Source: a bacterium
Lineage (GTDB): Bacteria > UBA8248
Assembly (NCBI GenBank): GCA_965219955.1
Contig: OZ244799.1
Span: 1,125,915-1,189,914, forward strand
DNA length: 64,000 nt
Direction: 5' to 3'
Below are positions 53,586 through 63,345 of the stretch, piece after piece (the stretch's first letter is position 1; the number at the start of each line of letters is the position of its first letter). Under the pieces are notes generated by a model that saw nothing but the letters and a program-made list of their open reading frames with translations, ran no database searches and was not told the origin of the DNA. The translations under genes and the position numbers were made by a program.

Positions 53586-54332
53586 CTAGTCCGTCCAGAA
53601 GCCGCCGTTCACGTCCACCGCCTCGCCGTTGATGTGCGCGGCCTCCTCGCTCGAGAGGAACAGGACGGTGTGCCATACGTCCTCTGGCGTCGTGAGCCTG
53701 CCCATCGGGTGCGCCTTCTCGGCGTTCACGAGCATCTCGGGCGGGGACTGGAAGTGAAGGCCCGTATCGGCCGGACCCGGCTGTATGGTGTTGATCGTCA
53801 CGCCCGTTTTCGCCAATTCGCGCGCCAGGTTGAACGTCATGGCGAGCAGGCCCGCCTTGGCGGCGGAGTAGGTGAGGTTGGGGCCGATGCCCCCCATTTT
53901 CCCCGCGATGGACGCGAAACTGACGATGCGCCCCGTGCCCGAGGCCTTGAGCGCCTCGATGGTCTCCTGGATGCAGAAATAGGGCGCGAGCAGGTTCACG
54001 TTCAGCACGACGTTCCAGTCCTCTTCTTCGAGTTCCATCGGCGGGCGAATCGGCATGTAGCCGGCCACGTTGGCCAGTACGTCACAGCCGCCGAGCCACT
54101 CGAGGGCCGTTCGCATGGTCGTGCGGATGGCGTCCACGTCGGCGAGGTCGCAGGGGAGCTTGAAGAGCTGATCGGACGGGCCTTCTATCGCGTCGAAGGC
54201 CGGGCCTTCCCTGTCGGTGGCGAAAACCTTGGCGCCGGCTTCGAGGTATCCCTGCAGGATGCGGCTTCCCATCGCCCCCGCCGCGCCCGTGAGGATGACC
54301 TTCCGGTCGTGAAAATCAAAACGAATGGGCAT
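53586..54332 (-). CDS. SDR family oxidoreductase
   Basis: 'VILTGAAGAMGSR', 'YSAAKAGLLAMTFNLA', 'INTIQPGP'. 12 bp upstream of the rhodanese gene, which has an AGGAGG RBS. Confidence 0.85.
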   Translation of the reverse strand: MPIRFDFHDRKVILTGAAGAMGSRILQGYLEAGAKVFATDREGPAFDAIEGPSDQLFKLPCDLADVDAIRTTMRTALEWLGGCDVLANVAGYMPIRPPMELEEEDWNVVLNVNLLAPYFCIQETIEALKASGTGRIVSFASIAGKMGGIGPNLTYSAAKAGLLAMTFNLARELAKTGVTINTIQPGPADTGLHFQSPPEMLVNAEKAHPMGRLTTPEDVWHTVLFLSSEEAAHINGEAVDVNGGFWTD

Positions 54333-54673
54333 TGCGTCACTCCAAAATGATGTCCATGGGATGATCCGAATGTTCATATTCGGGCTTCAATACGGCGGAT
54401 GATACACCACAAACGAAAGGGGAGAAAGCGGGAGGGGGAAGCGCCTCGAAATAGGGGAGACGGGTCTCGTACGGCGATTTTAAGGGTTTTAATTTGCCTA
54501 TCGAGTTGTTATGATGGATTCATCATATGCAGGCGAAGCGCCATCGCGTTCTGTTGAATGCCGGAGGATTGCGATGCGTTCGAATCGGCATACCGATCCG
54601 ATTACCAGACAAAGGACAAGAACATAAAGACGCCCCGTGGCATGGACTCTCGCGCCGCAAACGAGTGGAGGTT

Positions 54674-56962
54674 ATGATGGCTGAACTCTCATACATCGGA
54701 AAAAGCGTGCCCCGCGTCGACGGGCCGGAAAAGGTGACGGGACGGGCCATGTTCACCCTGGACCTCCAGTTGCCCAAAATGCTCCACGGGAGGCTGCTCG
54801 GGAGTCCCCTGCCGCACGCGCGAATCAAGAACATCGATACCAGCCGCGCCGAGAGGCTCCCCGGCGTCAAGCTCGTGATGACGTCCAGGGATATCCCCGA
54901 GGGAGTGGAATGGGGCGTCGTGCCCGTTTGCTACGATCAGCATCCCCTCGCCTCGGACAAGGTGCGGCACGTGGGCGACTCGGTGGCGGCTGTTATCGCG
55001 ACTTCAGAAGACATCGCGGTTGAGGCGCTCGATCTGATCGACGTCGACTACGAGGAGCTTCCCGCCGTCTTCGACCCGAGAGAAGCGATGCAAGAGGGCG
55101 CTCCCGTCATCCACGACAGGTACCCGGACAACATCGCCTTCACCAAGCACATGGAGTTCGGCGACGTGGACCGCATGTTCGACGAGGCCCATCACGTGAG
55201 CGAGCTGGCCACCTCCTCCTCGCGCCAGATGCACGGCTCGTTGGAGGCGCACGTCTCCATCGCCGAGTGGTCGCAGAAGGGCGACGTGACGGTCTACAAT
55301 TCCTCGCAATGCCCGAGTCTTTCGAGCCAGTATTTCTCCAAACTCCTCAAGATTCCGGAGGCCCAGATTCGCGTGATCACGAACTACGTGGGCGGGGGAT
55401 TCGGCGGGAAGGCGACGAGCAAGTTCAACATCGATTTCCTCTCCATCATCGCGGCGAAAAAGCTGAACCTCCCCGTAAAATTCTACTACACGCGGGAAGA
55501 GGAGTTTCTTCTCGGGACGCACCGGACGAAGCAGTTCCACGTCTGGCGCATCGCCACCGACAAGGACGGGATGCTGCTCGCCCGAGACACCCAGATGGTG
55601 GTGGAAAACGGCGGGTATTCGGATTACAGCCCGGCGGTCGGCGGCATCACGGCGCACATGGGCGGGAGCATCTACAACTACAAGGCCTATCGCCACCACG
55701 CCGACGTCGTCTGCACGAACGTGCCGCCCGGCGGCGCGATGCGCGGAATCGGCAACGCCGGCTATGCGTTCGGCTCGGAACTCGCCATGGAGAAACACGC
55801 CGAGGAGATCGGCATGGACCCGGCGGAGTTCCGCATCAAGAATTTCGTGCGGAAGGGCGACACCACCATCATCGGGGCCAAGATCACCAGTTGCGGCGTT
55901 TCCGAATGCGTGGAAGAGGCGGTCAAGCGCGTGCCCTGGCGCCAGAAACAGCCGAGCAGCAACGGGAAAAGGCGCGGCTTCGGGCTGGCCGCTGCGGTTC
56001 ATTTCACCGGAGCGCGCGCAATGGGGCCGGAGACGGCGGGCGCGTTCATCAAAATGAACAAGGACGGCACCGTGCAGCTGCTCTCGGGCACCATCGAGAT
56101 GGGCAACGGCTCGGACACCACGCTCGCCCAGATTTGCGCCGAGGCGATAGGGATTCGCGTGGAGGACGTGCGGATCATCAACGGCGACACCGCGGTGAAT
56201 CCCTACGGCTGGGGCGTGCGCGGAAGCCGCACGACGACCATCGACGGCGAGGCGACGCGCCTGGCGTCGGTCCAGGCGAAGAACATGCTCTTCAGGGGCG
56301 CGGCGGAACTGCTCGAATGCGACCCGAACGACCTCGACGCGCGCGACGGCAGGATTTTCGTCACCAGCTCTCCCGAGCGGCAGGTGACCCACAGCGAAGC
56401 CTACATGAAACTCTACGAAAAAGAGGGCAGCGAGGCCGTCTACACGGCGTCCTCTTATGACTCGCCGAGCGAGACGCCCGACCCCGTGACGGGCTACGGG
56501 AACTGGTCCGCGGCGTATGCCTACGGCGCCAAGGTGGCGGAAGTGGAAGTGGACACCGAAACCGGCGCGTTCGAGGTGCTGCGCGTCATCAGCACGAACG
56601 ACTGCGGAACCATCGTGAATCCCGCCGGCGCGCAGGGGCAGTTGGACGGCGGCGCGGTCATGGGCGTGGGCTACGCCATGATGGAGGATTTCGAGTGCGA
56701 AGACGGACAGCCGGTGAACGCGAACTGGCTCGACTACAAGCTGCCCACCACGCAGGATTTGCCCGAACTCGAGGCCGTGCTTATCGAGACGGAAAATCCC
56801 TCGGGGCCTTTCGGCGCGAAGGGGCTGGGCGAGATGGCGCAACTGGGAACCTCGGCGGCGATAGGCAACGCGATCTATGACGCCGTGGGCGTGCGGATTA
56901 CGTCGCTGCCCATAACGCCCGAGAAGGTGCTGGCTGCCCTGAACGAGAAAAACGGCGATTAA
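54674..56962 (+). CDS. Xanthine dehydrogenase family molybdopterin-binding large subunit (aldehyde oxidase/CoxL-like)
   Basis: 'YIGKSVPRVDGPEKVTGRAMFT', 'GGGFGGK', 'GAMRGIGN', 'EMGNGSDT', 'GPFGAKGLGE'. Confidence 0.9.
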   Translation: MMAELSYIGKSVPRVDGPEKVTGRAMFTLDLQLPKMLHGRLLGSPLPHARIKNIDTSRAERLPGVKLVMTSRDIPEGVEWGVVPVCYDQHPLASDKVRHVGDSVAAVIATSEDIAVEALDLIDVDYEELPAVFDPREAMQEGAPVIHDRYPDNIAFTKHMEFGDVDRMFDEAHHVSELATSSSRQMHGSLEAHVSIAEWSQKGDVTVYNSSQCPSLSSQYFSKLLKIPEAQIRVITNYVGGGFGGKATSKFNIDFLSIIAAKKLNLPVKFYYTREEEFLLGTHRTKQFHVWRIATDKDGMLLARDTQMVVENGGYSDYSPAVGGITAHMGGSIYNYKAYRHHADVVCTNVPPGGAMRGIGNAGYAFGSELAMEKHAEEIGMDPAEFRIKNFVRKGDTTIIGAKITSCGVSECVEEAVKRVPWRQKQPSSNGKRRGFGLAAAVHFTGARAMGPETAGAFIKMNKDGTVQLLSGTIEMGNGSDTTLAQICAEAIGIRVEDVRIINGDTAVNPYGWGVRGSRTTTIDGEATRLASVQAKNMLFRGAAELLECDPNDLDARDGRIFVTSSPERQVTHSEAYMKLYEKEGSEAVYTASSYDSPSETPDPVTGYGNWSAAYAYGAKVAEVEVDTETGAFEVLRVISTNDCGTIVNPAGAQGQLDGGAVMGVGYAMMEDFECEDGQPVNANWLDYKLPTTQDLPELEAVLIETENPSGPFGAKGLGEMAQLGTSAAIGNAIYDAVGVRITSLPITPEKVLAALNEKNGD

Positions 56963-56982
56963 CGAGGAGAGGGGAGAAAAAA

Positions 56983-57849
56983 ATGGCTTTCAGGCATTTA
57001 CCCGCGAACAGCGCGGAGGAAACGCTCGCCGCCATGAAGGAGCACGGCGAAGACGGGAAAGTGTTCGCCGGCGGCGTGGCCCTCTCGATTCTCATGAAAT
57101 CGCGGGTGTACGAACCCGAGGTGCTGATAGACATCGCCGGAGCGGGGGATCTGGATTTCATCGAGGGAACCGGGAACGGCGGCCTCCGCATCGGAGCGAA
57201 GACGGTGCACCGCAAGATCGAGACTTCCCCCCTCGTGCAGGAGCGCTTCCCGCTGCTCGCGGAAATTTTTCACAACGTGGCCACGATTCGCATCCGCAAC
57301 CAGGGGACGGTGGGCGGCAATCTGTGCTTCGCGGAACCGGCCTCCGACCCGCCGGGCGCATTTCTGGCCCTCGAGGCCAGGATGAACGCCAAAAAGGCGG
57401 ACGGCTCCGAACGCGTGATTCCCGCGGCGGAGTTCTGGACGGGATATTACGAGTGCGCCCTGGATGAGGATGAACTGCTGTGTTCGATCGAAGTCGACCC
57501 GCTGCCCGATGGGTTCCGGACGGCGTGCACGCGCTTCACCACGCGCTCGAAAGAGGACAAGCCCTGCGTATCCGTCTCCACAGCGGTGCTCACCGAAGAG
57601 GACGGCAAGACGGCCAAGGAGGTGAGAATCGGCCTGGGCGGCGTGGAGGCCGTGTTCAGGCGCCTCACGGCGGTGGAAGACGGTCTTCGGGGCAAGGAAC
57701 TCAACCAGGAGAACATCGACGCCGTTCTCGCGGACGCGCTCGATGACCTGGAGCCTCTCACCGACATCCGCGCGAGCAGCGATTACAGACGTCAGGTCAC
57801 GCCCGTCCTGATCCGGCGAACCATCCTGAAGGCGCTGGGCGCGTCCTGA
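56983..57849 (+). CDS. Xanthine dehydrogenase family FAD-binding medium subunit (CoxM-like)
   Basis: 'VFAGGVALSILMK', 'IRNQGTVGGNLC', and C-terminal 'DIRASSDYRRQV'. Confidence 0.88.
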   Translation: MAFRHLPANSAEETLAAMKEHGEDGKVFAGGVALSILMKSRVYEPEVLIDIAGAGDLDFIEGTGNGGLRIGAKTVHRKIETSPLVQERFPLLAEIFHNVATIRIRNQGTVGGNLCFAEPASDPPGAFLALEARMNAKKADGSERVIPAAEFWTGYYECALDEDELLCSIEVDPLPDGFRTACTRFTTRSKEDKPCVSVSTAVLTEEDGKTAKEVRIGLGGVEAVFRRLTAVEDGLRGKELNQENIDAVLADALDDLEPLTDIRASSDYRRQVTPVLIRRTILKALGAS

Positions 57850-57874
57850 ACCGACGGGTTCGCTCTTTTTTCTT
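57848..57874 (+). terminator. Weak intrinsic terminator candidate
   Basis: gaacc-gacg-ggttc followed by 'gctcTTTTTTcTT', overlapping the stop codon. Confidence 0.4.
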
Positions 57875-58074
57875 GAATTTTCCGGGACTGATGAGGGATA
57901 CTGCGTTTCACTTGAGATATGCTTGATTGCGTCCGCGGGTAAGGATGGGGGAGGCATCCTCCCGGTAATTCACTTCACAAGGAAGCCAGAAAACGGAAGA
58001 GGTGGTTGTTCCTGCAATCGCCTCGTCATGCCCGAATGTTGTTAGTCGAACTTCTCACGGGGGGGGACAGAGAT

Positions 58075-59388
58075 ATGAAGAGAAATCGGACCAATCGTTT
58101 CGGTTTGGCGCTTCTTGGATGTGTAACAGCCCTGGCGTTGTTTGTCGCACCGGCCGCCGGGGGTGAAATCGACGATCTCAAGGCGCAGATCAAGGCGCTC
58201 ATGAATCGGCTCGAAGCTCTCGAATCCCGGGAGAAGAAGATGAAGGCCGATATGATGGCCGCCCAGGATGCCGCCCGGAAAAAGGCTGTGGCTACCGGCG
58301 ACTTCCCGGGCTCCTGGAAGATGCCGGGATCGAACACTTCCGTCTCCTTCAGCGGCTACGTCAAGCTCGACGCTATTTATGATTTAGACCAGGACCTGGG
58401 CGATTCCTTTTTCGGCTATGACTGGGCAGGCGGCGCGAGCGGCATACTCCTGGAAGGCGATGACAGTGGTCAACGCAAAGCCTCCCTGCACGCCAGGCAG
58501 ACGCGCCTGCGCTTCGACAGCCTGACGCCGACAAAAACGGGTGACCTCAAGACCCGGATCGAAACCGATTTCTACGGTGGCGGCAACGCCCTGCGCCTGC
58601 GTCACGCCTACGCCTCTCTGGGCGGGGTGCTGGCGGGACAGACCTGGACGACGTTGATGGATGCGAACACCTACGCCGACACGGTGGACTTCGAAGGTCC
58701 TGTGGGCGTGGTGGCAACGCGCCGGCCTCAAGTCCGCTACAGCCAGGCGGTGGGGAAGAATCTCACGATGCAGGTGGCGCTCGAGGATCCAAGCGCCCCG
58801 ACTATCCTGATGGGCGGCGGAAAAACGTCCTCCCAGGAGCGGATTCCGAACCTTGTGGCGGCTCTGCGAATGAAAACGAGTTGGGGCGCCATCAACGTGT
58901 CCGGGTTGCTGGGGCAGGTTCTCTACGAGGAAGGCGCGACGGAAGAAAGTGTCACAATGAGCGCTCTCCACCTCGGCGCGAACATCGGCCTGGGCAAGGC
59001 CACCCGCCTTTGGGGCACGTTCAACGTCGGCCAGGGCGGATTGGACCAGTCCATGCTGGGAGCGCCCGCCGCCGCTGTCTTGAGCGCAAACAACGAACTG
59101 GAAGCGCTGGATTCCATGGGCGGTTTCGTCGGCCTCACGCATAACTGGACCGGCGCTGTGAGTTCGGGCCTGTATTACGGCTGGGTGGAGAACGATTTTG
59201 ACGATGCCGCCAAGGCGGCGTATCCGGCCCTCAGCCAGTCGCTCCAGACGGTGCACGCCACCATCTGGTGGTCACCCGCGCCCAAGACGAGGATTGGTGC
59301 GGAGATCATTCAGGGATGGCGCGAGACGAACGGCGGCGAGGAGGGCGACGCGACGCGCCTGCAGTTGGGTTTCGTGTATAGCTTCTAG
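58075..59388 (+). CDS. DcaP-like outer-membrane porin (N-terminal coiled coil plus beta-barrel)
   Basis: Signal peptide, 'IDDLKAQIKALMNRLEALESREKKM' coiled coil, alternating beta-strand pattern, and C-terminal '...LQLGFVYSF'. Confidence 0.7.
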   Translation: MKRNRTNRFGLALLGCVTALALFVAPAAGGEIDDLKAQIKALMNRLEALESREKKMKADMMAAQDAARKKAVATGDFPGSWKMPGSNTSVSFSGYVKLDAIYDLDQDLGDSFFGYDWAGGASGILLEGDDSGQRKASLHARQTRLRFDSLTPTKTGDLKTRIETDFYGGGNALRLRHAYASLGGVLAGQTWTTLMDANTYADTVDFEGPVGVVATRRPQVRYSQAVGKNLTMQVALEDPSAPTILMGGGKTSSQERIPNLVAALRMKTSWGAINVSGLLGQVLYEEGATEESVTMSALHLGANIGLGKATRLWGTFNVGQGGLDQSMLGAPAAAVLSANNELEALDSMGGFVGLTHNWTGAVSSGLYYGWVENDFDDAAKAAYPALSQSLQTVHATIWWSPAPKTRIGAEIIQGWRETNGGEEGDATRLQLGFVYSF

Positions 59389-59394
59389 GTGATT

Positions 59395-59990
59395 CGTCCG
59401 GGGCTCGTGGGCGGAAGCCCACGGCCCCGTGCGGGTCTGTTGAAAAACCCCATCGAAGAGGAAGTTGAGCCTGCGCTTCCGCCCGGTATCGGGTCTTGGC
59501 CGTCATTCCGGCGAAAGCCGGAATCCATTTTCGCCTTTGCCTTTTCGCTTCCTCGCTCGGATACCTTTACGCCTGGGCGGGTAGGAACAGAATCGAATAT
59601 AAAATCGAAAGGCGAATTCTCTGAATTCCGCATCTGGATGCCGCGCAACAACAAGGTCGTGGCCGTCCTGCCCAATAAAAAGTCAAAATGGATTCCGGCT
59701 TTCGCCGGAATGACGGCAGTGGTCAATTCCGACCGGGGATGACTTTTTCAACTGGCCCCTATCGGGGTTGCTGAAAGTCTCCTTGGGGAAGGAGGGAATC
59801 CCGATCATCGAATTGTTTATCGTAGGGACAGGCCTCCGTGCCTGTCCTGCCCCCCGTGGTTGTCCTTCGTTAGGACAGGCACGGAGGCCTGTCCCTACAA
59901 AACCACTGCGCCTGCGCCGCGTGAACCTCCATGCCGCCGACCCCGAAAGGGCTTTTCAACAGACCCGTCGGTCAGGATTCGCCGACAGCC
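59395..59990. repeat. Intergenic mosaic repeat block including MITE-like element copy 3 (59502-59714)
   Basis: Hairpin ggggc(t)cgtgggc-ggaa-gcccacggcccc (59403-59431), a GTTGAAAAA hairpin, and a 213-bp TIR-bounded element. Also 'gggaatcccgatcatcgaattgtttatcgtagggacaggcctccgtgcctgtcc...ggacaggcacggaggcctgtccctac'. Confidence 0.85.
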
Positions 59991-60055
59991 GGATTACAGC
60001 GAAACAAGGACTTTACGCCGGATATTTTAATCGCCCCCTACGCGCCTCGCCCCGT

Positions 60056-60715
60056 TTATTTCTTCGCCTGCCGCGAGGCCAGATAATCCGCCTCCAGTTT
60101 CAATATCCCGTCGGCGATGCTCCGGGCGAATTCCCTGCGGTATTCCCGGCCCTTTCCCGGCTCCGGGGGGATGACCTCGCCCACGCGGATGACGAGCCAG
60201 GGGTCGAGGATTCCCCGCGGGCTGATCAGCGTATTCGAACCCGCGATATAGACCGGGAGAACGGGGGCGCGGCTCATGGCGGCGAGGGTGGCGACGCCCT
60301 CTTTCACTTCCACCTCGGCCGTCGAGTTCACGATGCCTCCCTCGGGAAAAATCACCACCGCGCCGCCCAGGCTCAGGAGGCTGAGCGCCATCCGGAAGGT
60401 GCTGGCGCGCGCTGTCCCCTCCCTGTCCACGGGAAAGGCGCCGTAATAGGTGATGAGCCTGGCGAACAGGGGATTGCGGAACAACTCCCGCTTGGCCATG
60501 TGAAAAACCCGCCTCGGCAGGAAGGAGGCGAGGATCACGGGGTCGAGATAGCTGCGATGGTTCGAGGCCACGATCAGCGGGCCGCCGGGCGGCACGTTGC
60601 GCATGCCCTGGACGTCGACTCCGCCGAAGGCGAGCCTGATCCCCGCCTGGAAAATCTTTTTGAGCCAGGTCGGCTGGCCGCTGGAAGGCAGGGTGGTTAG
60701 ACGCTGCTCGTTCAT
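60056..60715 (-). CDS. plsC: 1-acyl-sn-glycerol-3-phosphate acyltransferase (lysophospholipid acyltransferase)
   Basis: 'IVASNHRSYLDPVIL' (HX4D) and 'VVIFPEGG' motifs. 219 aa. Confidence 0.85.
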   Translation of the reverse strand: MNEQRLTTLPSSGQPTWLKKIFQAGIRLAFGGVDVQGMRNVPPGGPLIVASNHRSYLDPVILASFLPRRVFHMAKRELFRNPLFARLITYYGAFPVDREGTARASTFRMALSLLSLGGAVVIFPEGGIVNSTAEVEVKEGVATLAAMSRAPVLPVYIAGSNTLISPRGILDPWLVIRVGEVIPPEPGKGREYRREFARSIADGILKLEADYLASRQAKK

Positions 60716-60851
60716 ATCCGTGGTTCCGGCATTCTGGGTCCGGACGCTCCCTTCTCCGAGATGCGACCCCTCAGCGCGAACTTCATGGATTCCCTACGCT
60801 TCATGATATGAAATCCTTTGCGCCCCCTGCAAAGCATTCGGGGCGCCTGCT

Positions 60852-62615
60852 CTAGTCGGCATCGTGCCGGTGATGTTCCTGCTCGCGCCACACCTTGCCG
60901 AAGGCGTGTATCACGTCCTCGGCGGTGATGATCCCCAGAAGTTCGGTCGGGTCCTCGCGGCTCACCACGGGCAGGCGCGAGATGCGCCTGTCGCCGAGCT
61001 TGGCCATCACGGAATCGAGCGACTGGTCCGGGTGCGCGTGCATGATGTATTTTTTCTTCGCTATCTCGCCCAGGGGCTTTTGCAGAATTCCCGCGGCCTG
61101 CGCCTGGCTGAAGTCGTAGTTGCTCGCCATGCCCGAGAGTTTTCCGCCCGCGTTCAGGACGGGATATCCGGAGATGGCGCTCCCCCTCGTTCTCTCTATC
61201 GCCTCTTGTATCGTGATCTCCTCGGGCAGGGTGATGACGTCGCTGACCATGGCGTCCGATACGTGGATCTCGTGCAGGAGGTGTTCCGTCTCGTGGTCGG
61301 GCAGCGCGACGCCGTCCTGCGAGGAGAGCGCGCTGTAAATGGGCTCGGGGTGCCAGTAGCGCGCCAGGGCCAGGGATATGGCGTTGGCCACCATGAGCGC
61401 GAGAATGATGTTGTAGTCCTGCGTGAGCTCGAAAATGATGAGCACCGACGTCATCGGCGCGCGGATGACGGCCGCGAAGGCCGCGCCCATGCCCACGAGC
61501 GCGTATCCGCCCGGGTGGGCCACGAAACCGGGAAAGGCGAACTCGGCGAGTGACGCCACGGCGCCGCCCGCCATCGCTCCCATGAACAGCGTCGGCGCGA
61601 AAATGCCGCCCAGAGAACCCGTTCCGTAAGATACTGCGGTGGCGATGAGCTTCAGGACGAGCAGGCACAGGAGAAAAGGCAGCGTGTAGCTGTGCGTGAG
61701 CGCCTTGCTCACGGCGGGGTAGCCCACGGCGAACACCTCGGGGACCCAGATGCCGACCACGCCCACGAGCAGGCCGCCGAGACCCGTGGCGATGACGCCG
61801 CGGAACCCCCGCAGGCGTTTCCACCCCGAGCGGATGAAGAGCAGTCCCTTGATGAACGCCACACCCACGAGCGCGCAGACAACGCCGACGAAGGCGTAGA
61901 GGAGCAGCTCGAGAGAGTTGTCCAGAGCGTATGCCGGTACGGAGAACACGGGTTCGTTGCCGAGCATGGCGCGCGAGACGACGGAGGCGGACACCGCCGC
62001 GAATACGATGGAGCCGAGCACGCGCGCATTCAGATCGCCCACCAGTTCTTCCAGCGTAAAGGTGACGGCCGCTATCGGCGTGTTGAACGCGGCGGCCAGG
62101 GCGGCCGCGCAGCCTACCGGAACGAGCGCCTGCACGCGGCGTCTTTTCAGGGAAAACGTCTCGCCTATCCAGCTCGCCGCGCCCGAGCATATCTGCACGG
62201 TGGGGCCTTCCCGCCCCAGGCTCGAGCCCGAACCGATGTTGAGCACTCCGATGAGGAATTTGCTGATCCACACGCGCTTGTCGATGTGGCCGTTGTGGGC
62301 GACGTACGCGATTTTCGTCTGGGGGATGCCGCTGCCCCGGGCCTCGGGCGCGAAATACTGGAGGAAGAGCGCGGAGAGAAAGGCCCCTCCGGCGGGAATC
62401 AGCGCCACCAGATACCATGCCCGGTGAATCTCCGCGAGGTCGTGCGAGCCGAAGAGGACCTGGTGCGCCCAGCCCAGTGCGACGTGAAAGCACACGGCGA
62501 TGAACCCGGTGAGCGCCCCCACGATGATGGTGGTGAAATAGAAGATGCCGTCGTCTGAAAAATCGAAGTGGAGCAGCCAGCCGAGAAGCCGTATGCGAAA
62601 ATTTTTCCAGTTCAC
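60852..62615 (-). CDS. ClC-family chloride channel/antiporter with C-terminal CBS pair
   Basis: 'GSGSSLGREGPTVQ', 'GIFAPTLFMGA', and a C-terminal tandem CBS region ('VSDAMVSDVITL...', 'ISRLPVV'). Confidence 0.9.
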   Translation of the reverse strand: MNWKNFRIRLLGWLLHFDFSDDGIFYFTTIIVGALTGFIAVCFHVALGWAHQVLFGSHDLAEIHRAWYLVALIPAGGAFLSALFLQYFAPEARGSGIPQTKIAYVAHNGHIDKRVWISKFLIGVLNIGSGSSLGREGPTVQICSGAASWIGETFSLKRRRVQALVPVGCAAALAAAFNTPIAAVTFTLEELVGDLNARVLGSIVFAAVSASVVSRAMLGNEPVFSVPAYALDNSLELLLYAFVGVVCALVGVAFIKGLLFIRSGWKRLRGFRGVIATGLGGLLVGVVGIWVPEVFAVGYPAVSKALTHSYTLPFLLCLLVLKLIATAVSYGTGSLGGIFAPTLFMGAMAGGAVASLAEFAFPGFVAHPGGYALVGMGAAFAAVIRAPMTSVLIIFELTQDYNIILALMVANAISLALARYWHPEPIYSALSSQDGVALPDHETEHLLHEIHVSDAMVSDVITLPEEITIQEAIERTRGSAISGYPVLNAGGKLSGMASNYDFSQAQAAGILQKPLGEIAKKKYIMHAHPDQSLDSVMAKLGDRRISRLPVVSREDPTELLGIITAEDVIHAFGKVWREQEHHRHDAD

Positions 62616-62652
62616 AACCTCTTACCTATTGAAAACGTCATGGAGCGGCGAT

Positions 62653-63255
62653 TCAGCGTGTGAGAGACCCCGTCGGGTGCGGGCCGACGGGCGGATGCGG
62701 GGCGGGGTCGATCCCCTCCCGGCGGAGTCTGTCTTCATACCATTCCTTGTGGATGCCGTTGGCCTCGTCCATCGGGGCCAGATCGCAGAATATCTCGATG
62801 CGGTGGCCGTCGGGGTCGCAGAAATACATGGCCCTGTTCTCTCCCCAGGTGCCGTCGCCCTCCGGGTGCGTGGGGCTGTGCACGACCGGACCGCGCACGA
62901 TCTTGACCCCGCATTCTTCCAGCCAGTCCCGCCAGGCGAAGAACTCCGTGCGGTCTTTTACCCGAAACGCGAAATGATGCAACCCCAGGTCCTTCACGGG
63001 CCCTTGATCGTCGGTTCTCATCTCCATGAGGCCGGGTTGCTCGCCGATGTGGTATACTAGGTTCAAATCGTGATGAAACGCGCTGCAGCGCAGGAAGCAA
63101 AGACCCATGTTGAGGCTTGGGTGTTCGTCGGGGCCGTGACGCTCAGAGAGCGTGAAACCGAGAATCTCGGTGTAGAATTTGAGAGATTCCTCGATGTCGG
63201 ACACCTTGACGGCGACGTGTTGTAATTTTTCAAAAGAGGTTTCCGGTCGGGGCAT
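62653..63255 (-). CDS. VOC family protein (extradiol dioxygenase/glyoxalase fold)
   Basis: 'LQHVAVKVSDIEESLKFYTEILGF', 'HHFAFRV', 'MYFCDPDGHRIEIF'. Paralogous in pattern to 39958-40476. Confidence 0.8.
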   Translation of the reverse strand: MPRPETSFEKLQHVAVKVSDIEESLKFYTEILGFTLSERHGPDEHPSLNMGLCFLRCSAFHHDLNLVYHIGEQPGLMEMRTDDQGPVKDLGLHHFAFRVKDRTEFFAWRDWLEECGVKIVRGPVVHSPTHPEGDGTWGENRAMYFCDPDGHRIEIFCDLAPMDEANGIHKEWYEDRLRREGIDPAPHPPVGPHPTGSLTR

Positions 63256-63345
63256 CGTGTATTCTCCTTGATTTTTCCGGTTTCACGGCGCGCTGCGTCC
63301 GCCGGGGGTGAATATAGCGCAACTCTTCCTTGGGAGAAACGCAAG

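Noticed and set aside
54560-54673. Possible Moco riboswitch in the 5' leader of the molybdoenzyme large-subunit gene.
   Set aside because: I could not identify the conserved Moco-motif helices or loops by eye, and a covariance-model scan would be needed. No support from the sequence alone.
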